Shown one piece after another: positions 29,096 to 37,986 of a stretch of 64,000 nt of DNA; position 1 is the stretch's first letter, and each line of letters opens with the position of its first letter. The position numbers and the translations under genes were made by a program. The DNA is from an uncultured virus (IMG/VR IMGVR_UViG_3300011991_000001) (taxonomy: Duplodnaviria; Heunggongvirae; Uroviricota; Caudoviricetes), in IMG/VR virus record IMGVR_UViG_3300011991_000001; one strand, 5' to 3'. The notes under the pieces were generated by a model. It saw nothing but the letters and a program-made list of their open reading frames with translations, ran no database searches and was not told the DNA's origin.

Positions 29096-31492
29096 CTACC
29101 CTTCAAATGGAATTCCATATTTCTTTGAATGTTCTAAGTCTAAATAGCTTCTATCTGTTTTATGGAGCCAACCACATTTCTTCCATTCAGGGTATGACTT
29201 ACTTGTGTATACTGCGTATTGCCTATTATAGTTAATGATATTTAGAGAGTGAAATGGTTTAGTAGTCATTGCTTCTTCTACACTAACATCCCCTTGCATT
29301 AGCTCAGTTTCTAAAAGTTTATAATTTTCCCTACTAGTTCCACCCAACATAATAAAATTTGCACCTGCTGATTTTAGATTTGGTAAAAGGCGTTTCATAT
29401 CTGGTAAAAAATGGGATGTGATTAAATAATTGAGTCCGAACTTCGCGCTTTCCTTGGCTTTAGAAGATAAGAATGTCGCTATCTCTGGATACAAATGTAT
29501 TTCGTCGATCACAAGATAGCACATTTTAGGTTTGTCAATTTTTGCTCTTGCTGTCGCAACTGCCAGCCAAACCTTAAAATAAAGGAACGTAATTAATGGT
29601 CTTAATGCTTCTCTATCAAATGTGTTTTCACTCATACGAATCAGAACACATTTGCCCTCATTGGCGAATTTAGTAAAATTTATCTCTGGATTACTTGGTG
29701 TAGATAGTAATACCTCCGAACAATAATCGTTCATAATTGCACTTGCTCTGTCTAGAATTCCAGACACCATTGCATAATTAGTTCCACCTTTGCCATCGTC
29801 TAATAATCGCAATTGCTGTATCATGCTGTTAGACTCTGGAAGTCCTGAAGATTGAATGAATTGTTCTCTAATATCGCATTCTCCTAGTACATCAAAAACA
29901 TTTTTTATTGTTGAATTTTTTTGAGACAAAACAATCTTCCCTGCAACTGATAAATTCCTTTTCATTTTTGGCGTAAGTTCGTCATCAAACCCTGAGACTG
30001 CATTTACAAAACCTATTAAACTTCCTGTCAAATGAGACGCTGCCATCATTTCATCAATATGATCTTTGAACTTAACATCTACCATCTCATTAAAAGCTAA
30101 TGGAAGTCTAAGTCTTATATTGCTATAGTCTAATATTATCAACTTATCTGCAAATTCTTCTGGCATATAATCCCTAACGTCTTCAACTACCTCACAATTT
30201 TTAATGGTATCAATACAAATTACACTACTACCAGATTTTATTGCTTCGATTATGAAATGCTTTATTTTCTCAGTCTTGCCAGCTCTCATTGGGCCACAAA
30301 GCACTGTAGGCATTGCGCTCATGGCATAATCAGTTGGGAAATATGTTGGTATTTTTACTCCCTTGTAACTAGCATCTCCTATTTTAATGTTGCCTTTTTT
30401 TAATTCTTCTGGAATAATATTTTCAGTATTTTCTATAGTACCTTTCATAGCAGATTTGAAGTCAACTTGCATTCGACGATTAGGAAGTCTGATGAAGGGT
30501 AGTAGCTCTTTTGTAGAAAATATATTTTTACTAGCCAAGTGTCCAACAAATTCCCTTTTACTTGTTTTATGTTTCGCAATTTTATTAAATTCTAGTTCTT
30601 GTTCTGCGTCTAATATTTTAAATACTCCTGAGAATATTTTTTGATAATACCTTGTTCTCTCTTCACTAGTACAATACATTCTAATCTGAGTTTCAAACCC
30701 ACGACCATTTATTTTTTGGGTTGACATGTGTGAATTTCTATACATATTGCCTCCCCACTTTTCTACTTGTTTGCCTTTCTTCTCATATGCTTCTATTTCT
30801 TTTTTGTCTACTCCAACAACTATATCCAATATATTTAAAAGGCTTTCTACACCACCAATGATTCCCTCAATACCTGCAATAACAGCACTTGGATGAACTT
30901 TTAATTCCTCACCATTCTTATGCTTAATGTTAGCTTTTGCCCAGTCCTCTTTCCACGTATCATTTAATGGAGAAATTGCTACCTGCATTAAAATTTTATC
31001 GTCTGGTTGCACTGAGTTAATAACCGATAATAAATTTTCCAATAATCCCTCATCAGCATTAGTATTTAATGAAAACATAAAATGCTTTTTTTGTGTAAAA
31101 GTACAATAATATTTATTTACAAAATTATGGAAATAATCTTCCTCAAGTTCCTTCACCGCAGCGACTTTAAATACACGGTCAATTTTATTAACTAATACCC
31201 CTGTATATTTGTCTGGTATAATATAATTAAAGCTAATATTTTTACCTTCATATAATATCTCATAATAAACAGGACTTGATTGGTTAACTACAAGTGCTTT
31301 ATTCAGGTAGTCATATTTAATTTTTCCCTCATGAATTGAATGGATTGTATCTAAAATAGAACCTAGTGATTTTTCACTTTCTATATAACGGGATGGAATT
31401 ACAGAGTAAACTTTGTATCCAAATGTTTCTCTTTTAAGTTTTGTCGCCAATATTTCTCTGTGTCTAAAATTAATCAATGGTTGCTGTTGCAT
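29096..31492 (-). CDS. VirB4/TraG/HerA-like P-loop ATPase
   Basis: Walker A GPMRAGKT, IDT, Walker B LVIDEIH, ESAKFGL..L..H motif; 798 aa. Confidence 0.8.
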   Translation of the reverse strand: MQQQPLINFRHREILATKLKRETFGYKVYSVIPSRYIESEKSLGSILDTIHSIHEGKIKYDYLNKALVVNQSSPVYYEILYEGKNISFNYIIPDKYTGVLVNKIDRVFKVAAVKELEEDYFHNFVNKYYCTFTQKKHFMFSLNTNADEGLLENLLSVINSVQPDDKILMQVAISPLNDTWKEDWAKANIKHKNGEELKVHPSAVIAGIEGIIGGVESLLNILDIVVGVDKKEIEAYEKKGKQVEKWGGNMYRNSHMSTQKINGRGFETQIRMYCTSEERTRYYQKIFSGVFKILDAEQELEFNKIAKHKTSKREFVGHLASKNIFSTKELLPFIRLPNRRMQVDFKSAMKGTIENTENIIPEELKKGNIKIGDASYKGVKIPTYFPTDYAMSAMPTVLCGPMRAGKTEKIKHFIIEAIKSGSSVICIDTIKNCEVVEDVRDYMPEEFADKLIILDYSNIRLRLPLAFNEMVDVKFKDHIDEMMAASHLTGSLIGFVNAVSGFDDELTPKMKRNLSVAGKIVLSQKNSTIKNVFDVLGECDIREQFIQSSGLPESNSMIQQLRLLDDGKGGTNYAMVSGILDRASAIMNDYCSEVLLSTPSNPEINFTKFANEGKCVLIRMSENTFDREALRPLITFLYFKVWLAVATARAKIDKPKMCYLVIDEIHLYPEIATFLSSKAKESAKFGLNYLITSHFLPDMKRLLPNLKSAGANFIMLGGTSRENYKLLETELMQGDVSVEEAMTTKPFHSLNIINYNRQYAVYTSKSYPEWKKCGWLHKTDRSYLDLEHSKKYGIPFEG

Positions 31493-31511
31493 AATAATAT
31501 CCTCCTAAATT

Positions 31512-31871
31512 CTATATTTTCAATACTACCTTCCAAAACAATTTGAATATGATGAATGCCATGAACGCAGTATATATTTTTGCAAAGTCGGCATCTAAAC
31601 TACCTCTTTTAATAAATGATTTGTAACCTATATATATGAGGTAGCTAATTAATGCAACTGTAACTATTTCAGGTATATTTTTAGCAAAACTTTCTGCTTT
31701 AACTTGAGAGGCTTGAATAAATCTATCCCCTAAGCTCCCAAGTCCATTCTCAATGCCTTTTGATATGCCTTTTTCTATAAAATTCGCTTGTTCGGGTTGA
31801 CTTAACGCAGGATTTGGCACAAAAGGGTTTACCAAACCTGATAAAACATTTCCTCCTATCGTTACTATCAT
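31512..31871 (-). CDS. membrane protein
   Basis: Two C-terminal TM helices; in ATPase operon. Confidence 0.7.
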   Translation of the reverse strand: MIVTIGGNVLSGLVNPFVPNPALSQPEQANFIEKGISKGIENGLGSLGDRFIQASQVKAESFAKNIPEIVTVALISYLIYIGYKSFIKRGSLDADFAKIYTAFMAFIIFKLFWKVVLKI

Positions 31872-31883
31872 AATGTCACCTCA

Positions 31884-32111
31884 TTAAATTTTAATACTGT
31901 CGATGAGATTGCTGATAAACATTACTGCCAAATATGACCCTTTAACTAATATAAACCCAAACAGTAATCCTCTTAAAGTTTCAACCATTTTTTGTACATC
32001 TGGTCTTCTAATTTGTGAGTAGCCAAGAATAGTGACGTTGTAGATCACCATTACCATTCCGATCTGAACTAATATTGGTAATATATGAAGTCTAAATGGT
32101 TCAACTAACAT
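31884..32111 (-). CDS. small two-TM protein (TrbC/VirB2 pilin-like)
   Basis: 75 aa, two hydrophobic helices separated by a basic loop. Confidence 0.55.
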   Translation of the reverse strand: MLVEPFRLHILPILVQIGMVMVIYNVTILGYSQIRRPDVQKMVETLRGLLFGFILVKGSYLAVMFISNLIDSIKI

Positions 32112-32140
32112 TTGGATTCCCCCTTATAATTAATCTGTTA

Positions 32141-32245
32141 TTATTTTGCTCCGAAGAACTTAATTCCGATTCTGACAACAATGACGCTCATCCATGCTAA
32201 TAATCCGTAACTAGCAATGTTGAGTAGCGTTTCTAAAGTTTTCAT
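32141..32245 (-). CDS. 34 aa hydrophobic peptide
   Basis: AAAGGAG SD; MKTLETLLNIASYGLLAWMSVIVVRIGIKFFGAK. Confidence 0.65.
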   Translation of the reverse strand: MKTLETLLNIASYGLLAWMSVIVVRIGIKFFGAK

Positions 32246-32358
32246 AAAAAATTTCTCCTTTCATGTATGAAATATATTTAGTGGGACATAATACTTATAT
32301 GGTCGTGAGCAAGAAAACAACTTAGTAAATAAAATATAAAATGAAAGAAGGAAATAAT

Positions 32359-32451
32359 ATGTTTTTAGGATTAGGATTAATTTTAACTGGAGTTGCTGGA
32401 TTTGGATTCTCAGTTTATCAAATGGTAACTATTGCCAGTAGCTTGTTTTAG
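32359..32451 (+). CDS. 30 aa hydrophobic peptide
   Basis: GAAGGA SD; MFLGLGLILTGVAGFGFSVYQMVTIASSLF. Confidence 0.55.
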   Translation: MFLGLGLILTGVAGFGFSVYQMVTIASSLF

Positions 32452-32545
32452 TAGTGTACTTGCATAATGTTTAAATAGGTGGCATATTCATTTGCATGAA
32501 GCATTTCATGTGAAGGAAATTTAAGCTAAGTTTACCCTTTGCCAT

Positions 32546-32572
32546 ATCCCCTCATTTGAGGGGAATTTTTTA
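32546..32572 (+). terminator. intrinsic terminator
   Basis: TCCCCTCA-TT-TGAGGGGA then T run. Confidence 0.7.
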
Positions 32573-32585
32573 TCTTTTTTAGTAA

Positions 32586-32837
32586 TCACCCAATTTTCTC
32601 AATGGTTTCAACCCCTTTCTTCGTGATAAAAAACGTACCACTTCTCATTTCCTTAAATCCATTCCCGACCATGCCTCTCATCACCAAAGTCGTCAAATTG
32701 TTGCGTGTACGGAAATAATTAAGATCAATTGATTTACTTACATTTTTAATTGTTCTGCTATTCATTTCATCAATAAGTCCTTCGGATTTTAAATGAACTA
32801 AAATATCAATTTCTACTTTGCTTAACATTTTTATCAA
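32586..32837 (-). CDS. winged helix DNA-binding protein
   Basis: HTH followed by wing ending FFIT.KG. Confidence 0.7.
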   Translation of the reverse strand: MIKMLSKVEIDILVHLKSEGLIDEMNSRTIKNVSKSIDLNYFRTRNNLTTLVMRGMVGNGFKEMRSGTFFITKKGVETIEKIG

Positions 32838-32940
32838 TTCACCTCACTTCACCTTAATCCCTATACCCATATATAGTCTGTGCTGTTTGTACAGTATTCC
32901 TAGTAGAAAATGGCAAAAGATTAGTCCTGAGAAATCAGGA

Positions 32941-33162
32941 CTAATCTTCAAACATATCAAATTTGATCTCATTCACTGACTCAATCTTAACCTCTACTTC
33001 CTTAATTGCCTCTATATAAACATTCTCATCCTCTACCATTGCTATATCTTTCCCTTTGAAAAAGTAATCATACAAAGCTCTTCTAATAACTTTACTTCTT
33101 TTAGGCAAAGCATCTAATAATGGTGCTAGGATTTCATCGTCTCTGAATGTTCTAATCCCCAT
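32941..33162 (-). CDS. ParR-like ribbon-helix-helix adaptor
   Basis: IRTFR...RSKVIRRALYDYF; overlaps the end of parM-like gene. Confidence 0.65.
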   Translation of the reverse strand: MGIRTFRDDEILAPLLDALPKRSKVIRRALYDYFFKGKDIAMVEDENVYIEAIKEVEVKIESVNEIKFDMFED

Positions 33163-34019
33163 GATAAATTTTTCACCACCTTACTTGCACCTCTAACATT
33201 AGAAAATTGTCCTTTATGAAGAACTTTATTTGTCCAAGGCAAAAAATGATAAATGGCAGTTCCTCCTCCACCAACAATTACTACTTGATCTATTTTCTTT
33301 ATCTCATAATAAGTTGATATATCTGACCTAATTAATGTTGCTAAATCAGGATATAAATGAGCTACTGAATTGAATCCTTGATATAAATCTACTTCATATA
33401 TTTTTCTGCCTTGAAGTCCTCTCTTATAAATTTGATGCATTCCATTTGCAGTTGTATGGGACATTTCTCTAATTATTTCTCCCCTCAGTAAATAAATATA
33501 GTTCACTGTACCCATTCCTATATCAATTATTAGTGCAGTATTTGGGATTTCTTCTTTTGCTTTTCCATCGTCATCTAAGAAGTAATCCATACCAGCACAG
33601 TATCCTTGGGGGAGACTTTTGATTAGAGATGATTTAAAACTATGAGTATAAGTTGTATACCCTACTTTATATGGAATGTCTATATTTCTTGAAAACATTT
33701 CTATTATTTGCTTTTTCTCTGTAAAATATGATTCAAATGGGAATAAGAAAACTATTTCAGTCTCATTTTTGTAATTACATAATACATATTTTGTTAGAGT
33801 TTTGAAAGTAGATTGTTTTGTTTTTATCTCATCCAATGAATAATCTTGTGCATAACCGTGAAGTATTGCGTCTTCGCCAATATAATTACCATCAATCTCC
33901 CATAGTTGTTTTTCTGTAAATGTTGGTTGTGATTTTCCTATTACACTTAGTAGCTTTAATTCTCTTCCTTTTGAGTTAAGTGCCTTTCCATATGAGTTTC
34001 CACAATCCCAGAATAACAT
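33126..34019 (-). CDS. parM: ParM/StbA family actin-like ATPase
   Basis: Phosphate-1 DCGNSYGK, PQG, phosphate-2 IIDIGMGT, adenosine VGGG motifs. Confidence 0.88.
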   Translation of the reverse strand: MLFWDCGNSYGKALNSKGRELKLLSVIGKSQPTFTEKQLWEIDGNYIGEDAILHGYAQDYSLDEIKTKQSTFKTLTKYVLCNYKNETEIVFLFPFESYFTEKKQIIEMFSRNIDIPYKVGYTTYTHSFKSSLIKSLPQGYCAGMDYFLDDDGKAKEEIPNTALIIDIGMGTVNYIYLLRGEIIREMSHTTANGMHQIYKRGLQGRKIYEVDLYQGFNSVAHLYPDLATLIRSDISTYYEIKKIDQVVIVGGGGTAIYHFLPWTNKVLHKGQFSNVRGASKVVKNLSWGLEHSETMKS

Positions 34020-34037
34020 ATCTACCCCTCCTTAGAT

Positions 34038-34059
34038 TTGTATTACAATTGTATTACAA
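34038..34059. repeat. tandem palindrome, candidate ParR operator
   Basis: TTGTATTACAA twice in tandem between promoter and SD of parM. Confidence 0.6.
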
Positions 34060-34109
34060 ATTATATTGAGTAGGACACGTAAATATACCAAAATTCTTTT
34101 CTGTCGAAT

Positions 34110-34139
34110 AAAGGAGTTTCTAACATCTATGTAGAATGT
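34110..34139 (+). promoter_or_regulatory. sigmaH-like promoter of parA operon
   Basis: AAAGGAGTT-N12-GTAGAATGT; followed by palindrome AATGTTAACATT. Confidence 0.5.
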
Positions 34140-34169
34140 TAACATTAACATTAATATTAGGAGGAGATT

Positions 34170-34361
34170 ATGAGCGTCATTATGAGTAAGAAAAACTTGG
34201 ACATGCCATCAAAAGGATCTACTATCTTAAAAAAGCTGAAGGGTCTGTATATAAGCTTAGATAATCTTCATAAATTAGCAAACTTCAAAGACAAATACGC
34301 CATTTCAGAAAGTCGGTTAGTCAATAAAGCACTAGAAGAGTTTTTTGATAAATATGAATAA
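34170..34361 (+). CDS. ribbon-helix-helix protein
   Basis: GLYISLD...L.......ISESRLVNKALEEFFDKY. Confidence 0.75.
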   Translation: MSVIMSKKNLDMPSKGSTILKKLKGLYISLDNLHKLANFKDKYAISESRLVNKALEEFFDKYE

Positions 34362-34375
34362 TAGGAGATGATTAT

Positions 34376-35245
34376 ATGGGATTATTAAATGCTATAAAGA
34401 AAATACCGGAACAGAAAGAATCTCTTTTTCATGATGCAGAACCTCGCATAATCTCTGTGGTAGCACATAAAGGAGGGGTCGGAAAAACAACTATAGCTTT
34501 AAATCTTTCTGCATCTCTTGCAAAAAGAGGGAAAAAGGTTTTAGTAATGGATCTTGACTCTCAAAATAACACAGGTTTATTTTTTGGTGTGCAAGATTAT
34601 ATAGGAAAAATGCCCACAATGGTAGATGTATTAAATCAAACTGCAACTCCTGATAAGGCAATAATTCGTGTACGTGATAATTTTGACCTAATACAATCTA
34701 GTAGGATGTTGGGTAAACTTGTTATGGAAAAAGGAATGGAACCTGGAGTTGGATTAATGCTAAAGAATATTATGGATGAACACTCAGTATTCTTTAGTCA
34801 ATATGATTATATATTTTTTGATTGCTCTCCCTCTCATTCTATCCTGCATTTAAACGCATTGCTTGCCTCTAATACCTCATTTATTCCACTTTTATGTGAC
34901 TTCTTTTCTGTTAATGGAGTAACACAAATCCAACAAACAATTGATGAAGTAAATCAGAACATTGACTTATTGAAAGAATATGATCCAGATGGTATTTATC
35001 ATCACATGAAAATTGGGTTAATCATTTTGAACATGCTTGATCGCAGGATGAGAAGTAGGACAGATAAGGCTATGGATATTATTAAGGAGACTTACCCTCA
35101 GAAATTATCTACAATTCCAATTCGCGTCTGTAGTCAATTGAGTGATTGCCCAGAAAAACATTTGCTTATTGGAGAACTAGCACCACATTCCAGTGGATCG
35201 GAGGATTTTGATCTTTTAGCAGAGGAGGTTCTAAATCTTGTCTAA
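34376..35245 (+). CDS. parA: ParA/Soj family Walker-type partition ATPase
   Basis: KGGVGKTT, DLDSQ.N, YDYIFFDCSP, ALLAS motifs; no N-terminal HTH (type Ib). Confidence 0.93.
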   Translation: MGLLNAIKKIPEQKESLFHDAEPRIISVVAHKGGVGKTTIALNLSASLAKRGKKVLVMDLDSQNNTGLFFGVQDYIGKMPTMVDVLNQTATPDKAIIRVRDNFDLIQSSRMLGKLVMEKGMEPGVGLMLKNIMDEHSVFFSQYDYIFFDCSPSHSILHLNALLASNTSFIPLLCDFFSVNGVTQIQQTIDEVNQNIDLLKEYDPDGIYHHMKIGLIILNMLDRRMRSRTDKAMDIIKETYPQKLSTIPIRVCSQLSDCPEKHLLIGELAPHSSGSEDFDLLAEEVLNLV

Positions 35246-35741
35246 CCAATTGTTTGAGCCTTCTTTGGTGCTAGGAATTCCTAAAAGACCAAGTAAGTTA
35301 CAAAGTGGCAATATGCGTGAGGCTGTAAAAACAGAAACCAACGAGAGACCAAAAGGAATACTTGGCGAAGAGACTATTAAAATTTTAGAAGAAACAATAA
35401 CACCACTCCCACTTGTGGAAGCAGTTATAACATCTGTTGTAGAAAATACTCCAGATATTAAGAAGCAAATTCTAACTAAAGAAAAAGGCAAGACAAGAAC
35501 AAGTTATATTATTGATAAAAAGATTGTAAATTATATTGATAGTATCTCAAGAGAATTAAAATATTCAGAGATTCAGAACTATCATCAAGGTATTATTGCT
35601 GAAGAATTTCTAAGAATTGGTCAATATCTTTATGAAAAATACAAACGCGAACTCTCAGAGACTATAACCAGTGGAGATCAAGTATCAGAATTTGTTTTCC
35701 GTGAATTTCGTAAAGAATTCGATATTATAGATGATGACTAA
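35238..35741 (+). CDS. putative centromere-binding adaptor (non-canonical ParB)
   Basis: Overlaps parA stop; disordered N-terminus then RTSYII beta-strand/helix RHH-like segment. Confidence 0.55.
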   Translation: MSNQLFEPSLVLGIPKRPSKLQSGNMREAVKTETNERPKGILGEETIKILEETITPLPLVEAVITSVVENTPDIKKQILTKEKGKTRTSYIIDKKIVNYIDSISRELKYSEIQNYHQGIIAEEFLRIGQYLYEKYKRELSETITSGDQVSEFVFREFRKEFDIIDDD

Positions 35742-35745
35742 AAAC

Positions 35746-35792
35746 AAATGCTCTCAGATAGAAATTAAACGCTATCTAAGGGCATTTATTTT
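35746..35792 (+). terminator. putative terminator after par operon
   Basis: AAATGCTCT.AGATAG...CTATCT.AGGGCATTT stem. Confidence 0.55.
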
Positions 35793-35872
35793 AATTAGTG
35801 TCTCTTTATGCTTAAAATATCTAAAGTGTCTTATCTGACGTTGTATGACCTCTAATAAATTTACGCCACACA

Positions 35873-36352
35873 TATACTCATAGATGTTTATGTATTTATG
35901 TACTTGAACATCTATATTTTTATGATCATATGTTTTTATACACATATGTTTCTATGTACTTATACATTCANNNNNNNNNNNNNNNNNNNNNNNNNNNNNN
36001 NNNNNNNNNNNNNNNNNNNNNNNNNNNNNNAACTCATATGATTATATACAGATAAACTCATAGACACATGTATTCATAAACTCATATGAGTGTATAATCA
36101 TAAGTACATATATGTTTATCTGTATATGTGTTTAAATGTTTATACTCACATGTACTTATGTATTTAGAATCATATATGTTTATGGGTATATGATTCTAAA
36201 CGCATAAGTATCTATACTCTTATGGGTTCAAGCACATATATGTCTATACTCATAGAATTATAAACGTATATAATCATATGTACATAAACATATAGACTCA
36301 TATCCATTTATGTACATATACTCTTGTACACATATGAGGATATGAGTCTATA
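35873..36352. repeat. 8-bp periodic degenerate repeat array (centromere-like)
   Basis: 12 in-phase units left of the N gap and 39 right of it, of type TAWACTCA/TATGAGTN. Confidence 0.85.
35971..36030. other. assembly gap (60 N)
   Basis: Run of N inside the repeat array. Confidence 1.
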
Positions 36353-36402
36353 TTATTTTGATTGCAAATATTGGGGGATATAGTACACTAATGGTAAGTA
36401 TT

Positions 36403-36450
36403 TTGTCCACATATGTAAAACATTGTAGAAACTTATTAACATGTGGATAG
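36403..36450. promoter_or_regulatory. DnaA-box-like sites near putative origin
   Basis: TTGTCCACA (36403), TTATTAACA (36433), TGTGGATAG (36442) versus TTATCCACA consensus. Confidence 0.5.
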
Positions 36451-36487
36451 ATAACATGTTTAATAGAGAAAATCATTTTAGACGTAG

Positions 36488-36584
36488 TAAAACCCATAAT
36501 TGTGAATCAGTTTGGCTTCCGATCACAAATCATGGGCTGGAACAGGGAAAATATTAGTTTTGCTAAAGCAAGGTATTTGTATGT
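36488..36584 (-). ncRNA. putative antisense (ctRNA) in rep leader
   Basis: Minus-strand TAGACA-N16-(TG)TATACT promoter at 36618-36591 and hairpin 36493-36536 ending in a T run. Confidence 0.5.
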
Positions 36585-36656
36585 CCTTTTAGTATAACAC
36601 GTATTTTTCTAATGTCTAGTTTTCTATGCTCAAAATGCTAGAAATGAGGAAATAAC

Positions 36657-37394
36657 GTGGCAAATTTAGATCAATATGAAGGCAACTTTACTATTTTCAA
36701 TAATGAGATTTGGGATATTGCAGAGGAATTCGATTTGTCTAATGGGGCCGTAGTTCTTTATATGAAGATTAAATCAATGACCTACGGTATGAAAAAATCG
36801 ATTTTTCCAAGTCAATTGTATTTATCTCGTGCTCTACGATGCTCTGTAAGGACTGTTCAAAGGTATCTAGGTGAGTTAGTTAAGGCAAGATGTTTAAACA
36901 GCTTACAACGTCATATCACAAGCAATTTATACTCTCTCCTTCCTATTAAGAGGGTAGGGGATGGGGGAGAGGTTATTTCTTTATCAACAGGGACGACACA
37001 GAAGGCATACAAAGAAGAATTCCCTTTAATATTAAATCCTGTATGTAAAAATGAAAATATTAGAGATGATGATGAAACTTTAGCAATTATTAAGGTTCTT
37101 GGAGACAATAGAATTGATATTGATAGTCCTAGGGGTCAAGAATATATGAAAATTATAAAACAAGAATGTTCCAGCCCTAGTCAATTAAACTTTTCCCTAA
37201 AGATAGTAAATGAAAAAATCAAACAAGGAAAGATTAAAGTAAGTGAATTTGGGTTTGTTGTTAGTAGCATTAGACAGCAGAAATCTGGTTTAGTTGTATT
37301 ATATCCAACTAAAAAGACAAGCATCTCTCAAGTTCACAAGAGACCTGAGAGATGCCAAAATAGGAGAGACTACTATGACAAATTCTATGGTTAA
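36657..37394 (+). CDS. putative plasmid-type replication initiator (HTH_36-like winged helix)
   Basis: F.IF.N...LS.GA..LY...FPSQ..L...L.CS.RTVQRYL.EL...SNLY; GAGG SD before GTG; next to par locus. Confidence 0.75.
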   Translation: MANLDQYEGNFTIFNNEIWDIAEEFDLSNGAVVLYMKIKSMTYGMKKSIFPSQLYLSRALRCSVRTVQRYLGELVKARCLNSLQRHITSNLYSLLPIKRVGDGGEVISLSTGTTQKAYKEEFPLILNPVCKNENIRDDDETLAIIKVLGDNRIDIDSPRGQEYMKIIKQECSSPSQLNFSLKIVNEKIKQGKIKVSEFGFVVSSIRQQKSGLVVLYPTKKTSISQVHKRPERCQNRRDYYDKFYG

Positions 37395-37397
37395 TGG

Positions 37398-37949
37398 TTA
37401 AAGACTCTCAACAAACTTCCCTATTTCATCATCAGAAAATCCAAACATTTTACCAAGTACCCAATGATCATAAACGGTTACATGGTCTTTAGGTGAATTT
37501 TTAATAACTTCAAGTAAATAATCATGCTTATAAATATATATTGTAGCCCAACCCTCACAAAGATATTCTGAATAAAATTTAAGGTTATCTATTTCTTTAA
37601 CTATTTCTTTTGCTTTATCTATATATCTATTTTGTAAGGACATCATTGCTACTGGTTTACAACCTTTTTCTACCATGTAACAAAAAGCGTTTAATTGACC
37701 AAATATGACACCAGTTAGGTAATCTGCATTTTCTTCCATACTATTCTCCTTTATATTTTTAACATCCATGTTTGCAAGCCCAATACCTCTCAAAGCTTTT
37801 CCTCTATATTTACTAAGAGAAAATTCAATATCTCTATTCTTTTTAGCTAAATCTTGCTCTAGTTTTTGATCTAAATATTCTGGGCAAGCCATGCTACATG
37901 AGTCTTCTTTTTCACATTGCTCACAGACTGACGTTATATCTCCAAACAT
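37398..37949 (-). CDS. hypothetical protein (C-terminus DUF2023-like)
   Basis: N-terminal Cys cluster; DHWVLGKMFGFS motif; AAGGAG SD before ATG37949. Confidence 0.55.
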   Translation of the reverse strand: MFGDITSVCEQCEKEDSCSMACPEYLDQKLEQDLAKKNRDIEFSLSKYRGKALRGIGLANMDVKNIKENSMEENADYLTGVIFGQLNAFCYMVEKGCKPVAMMSLQNRYIDKAKEIVKEIDNLKFYSEYLCEGWATIYIYKHDYLLEVIKNSPKDHVTVYDHWVLGKMFGFSDDEIGKFVESL

Positions 37950-37986
37950 AATATAATCTCCTTTTATATGTAATTTATTATTTATT

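Noticed and set aside
28551..32245. Complete conjugative T4SS
   Set aside because: No recognisable relaxase, coupling protein, VirB6 or VirB8; reported instead as a minimal module.
35873..36352. Possible CRISPR array
   Set aside because: Contiguous 8-bp degenerate units with no 25-45 bp repeats separated by unique spacers, and no cas genes.
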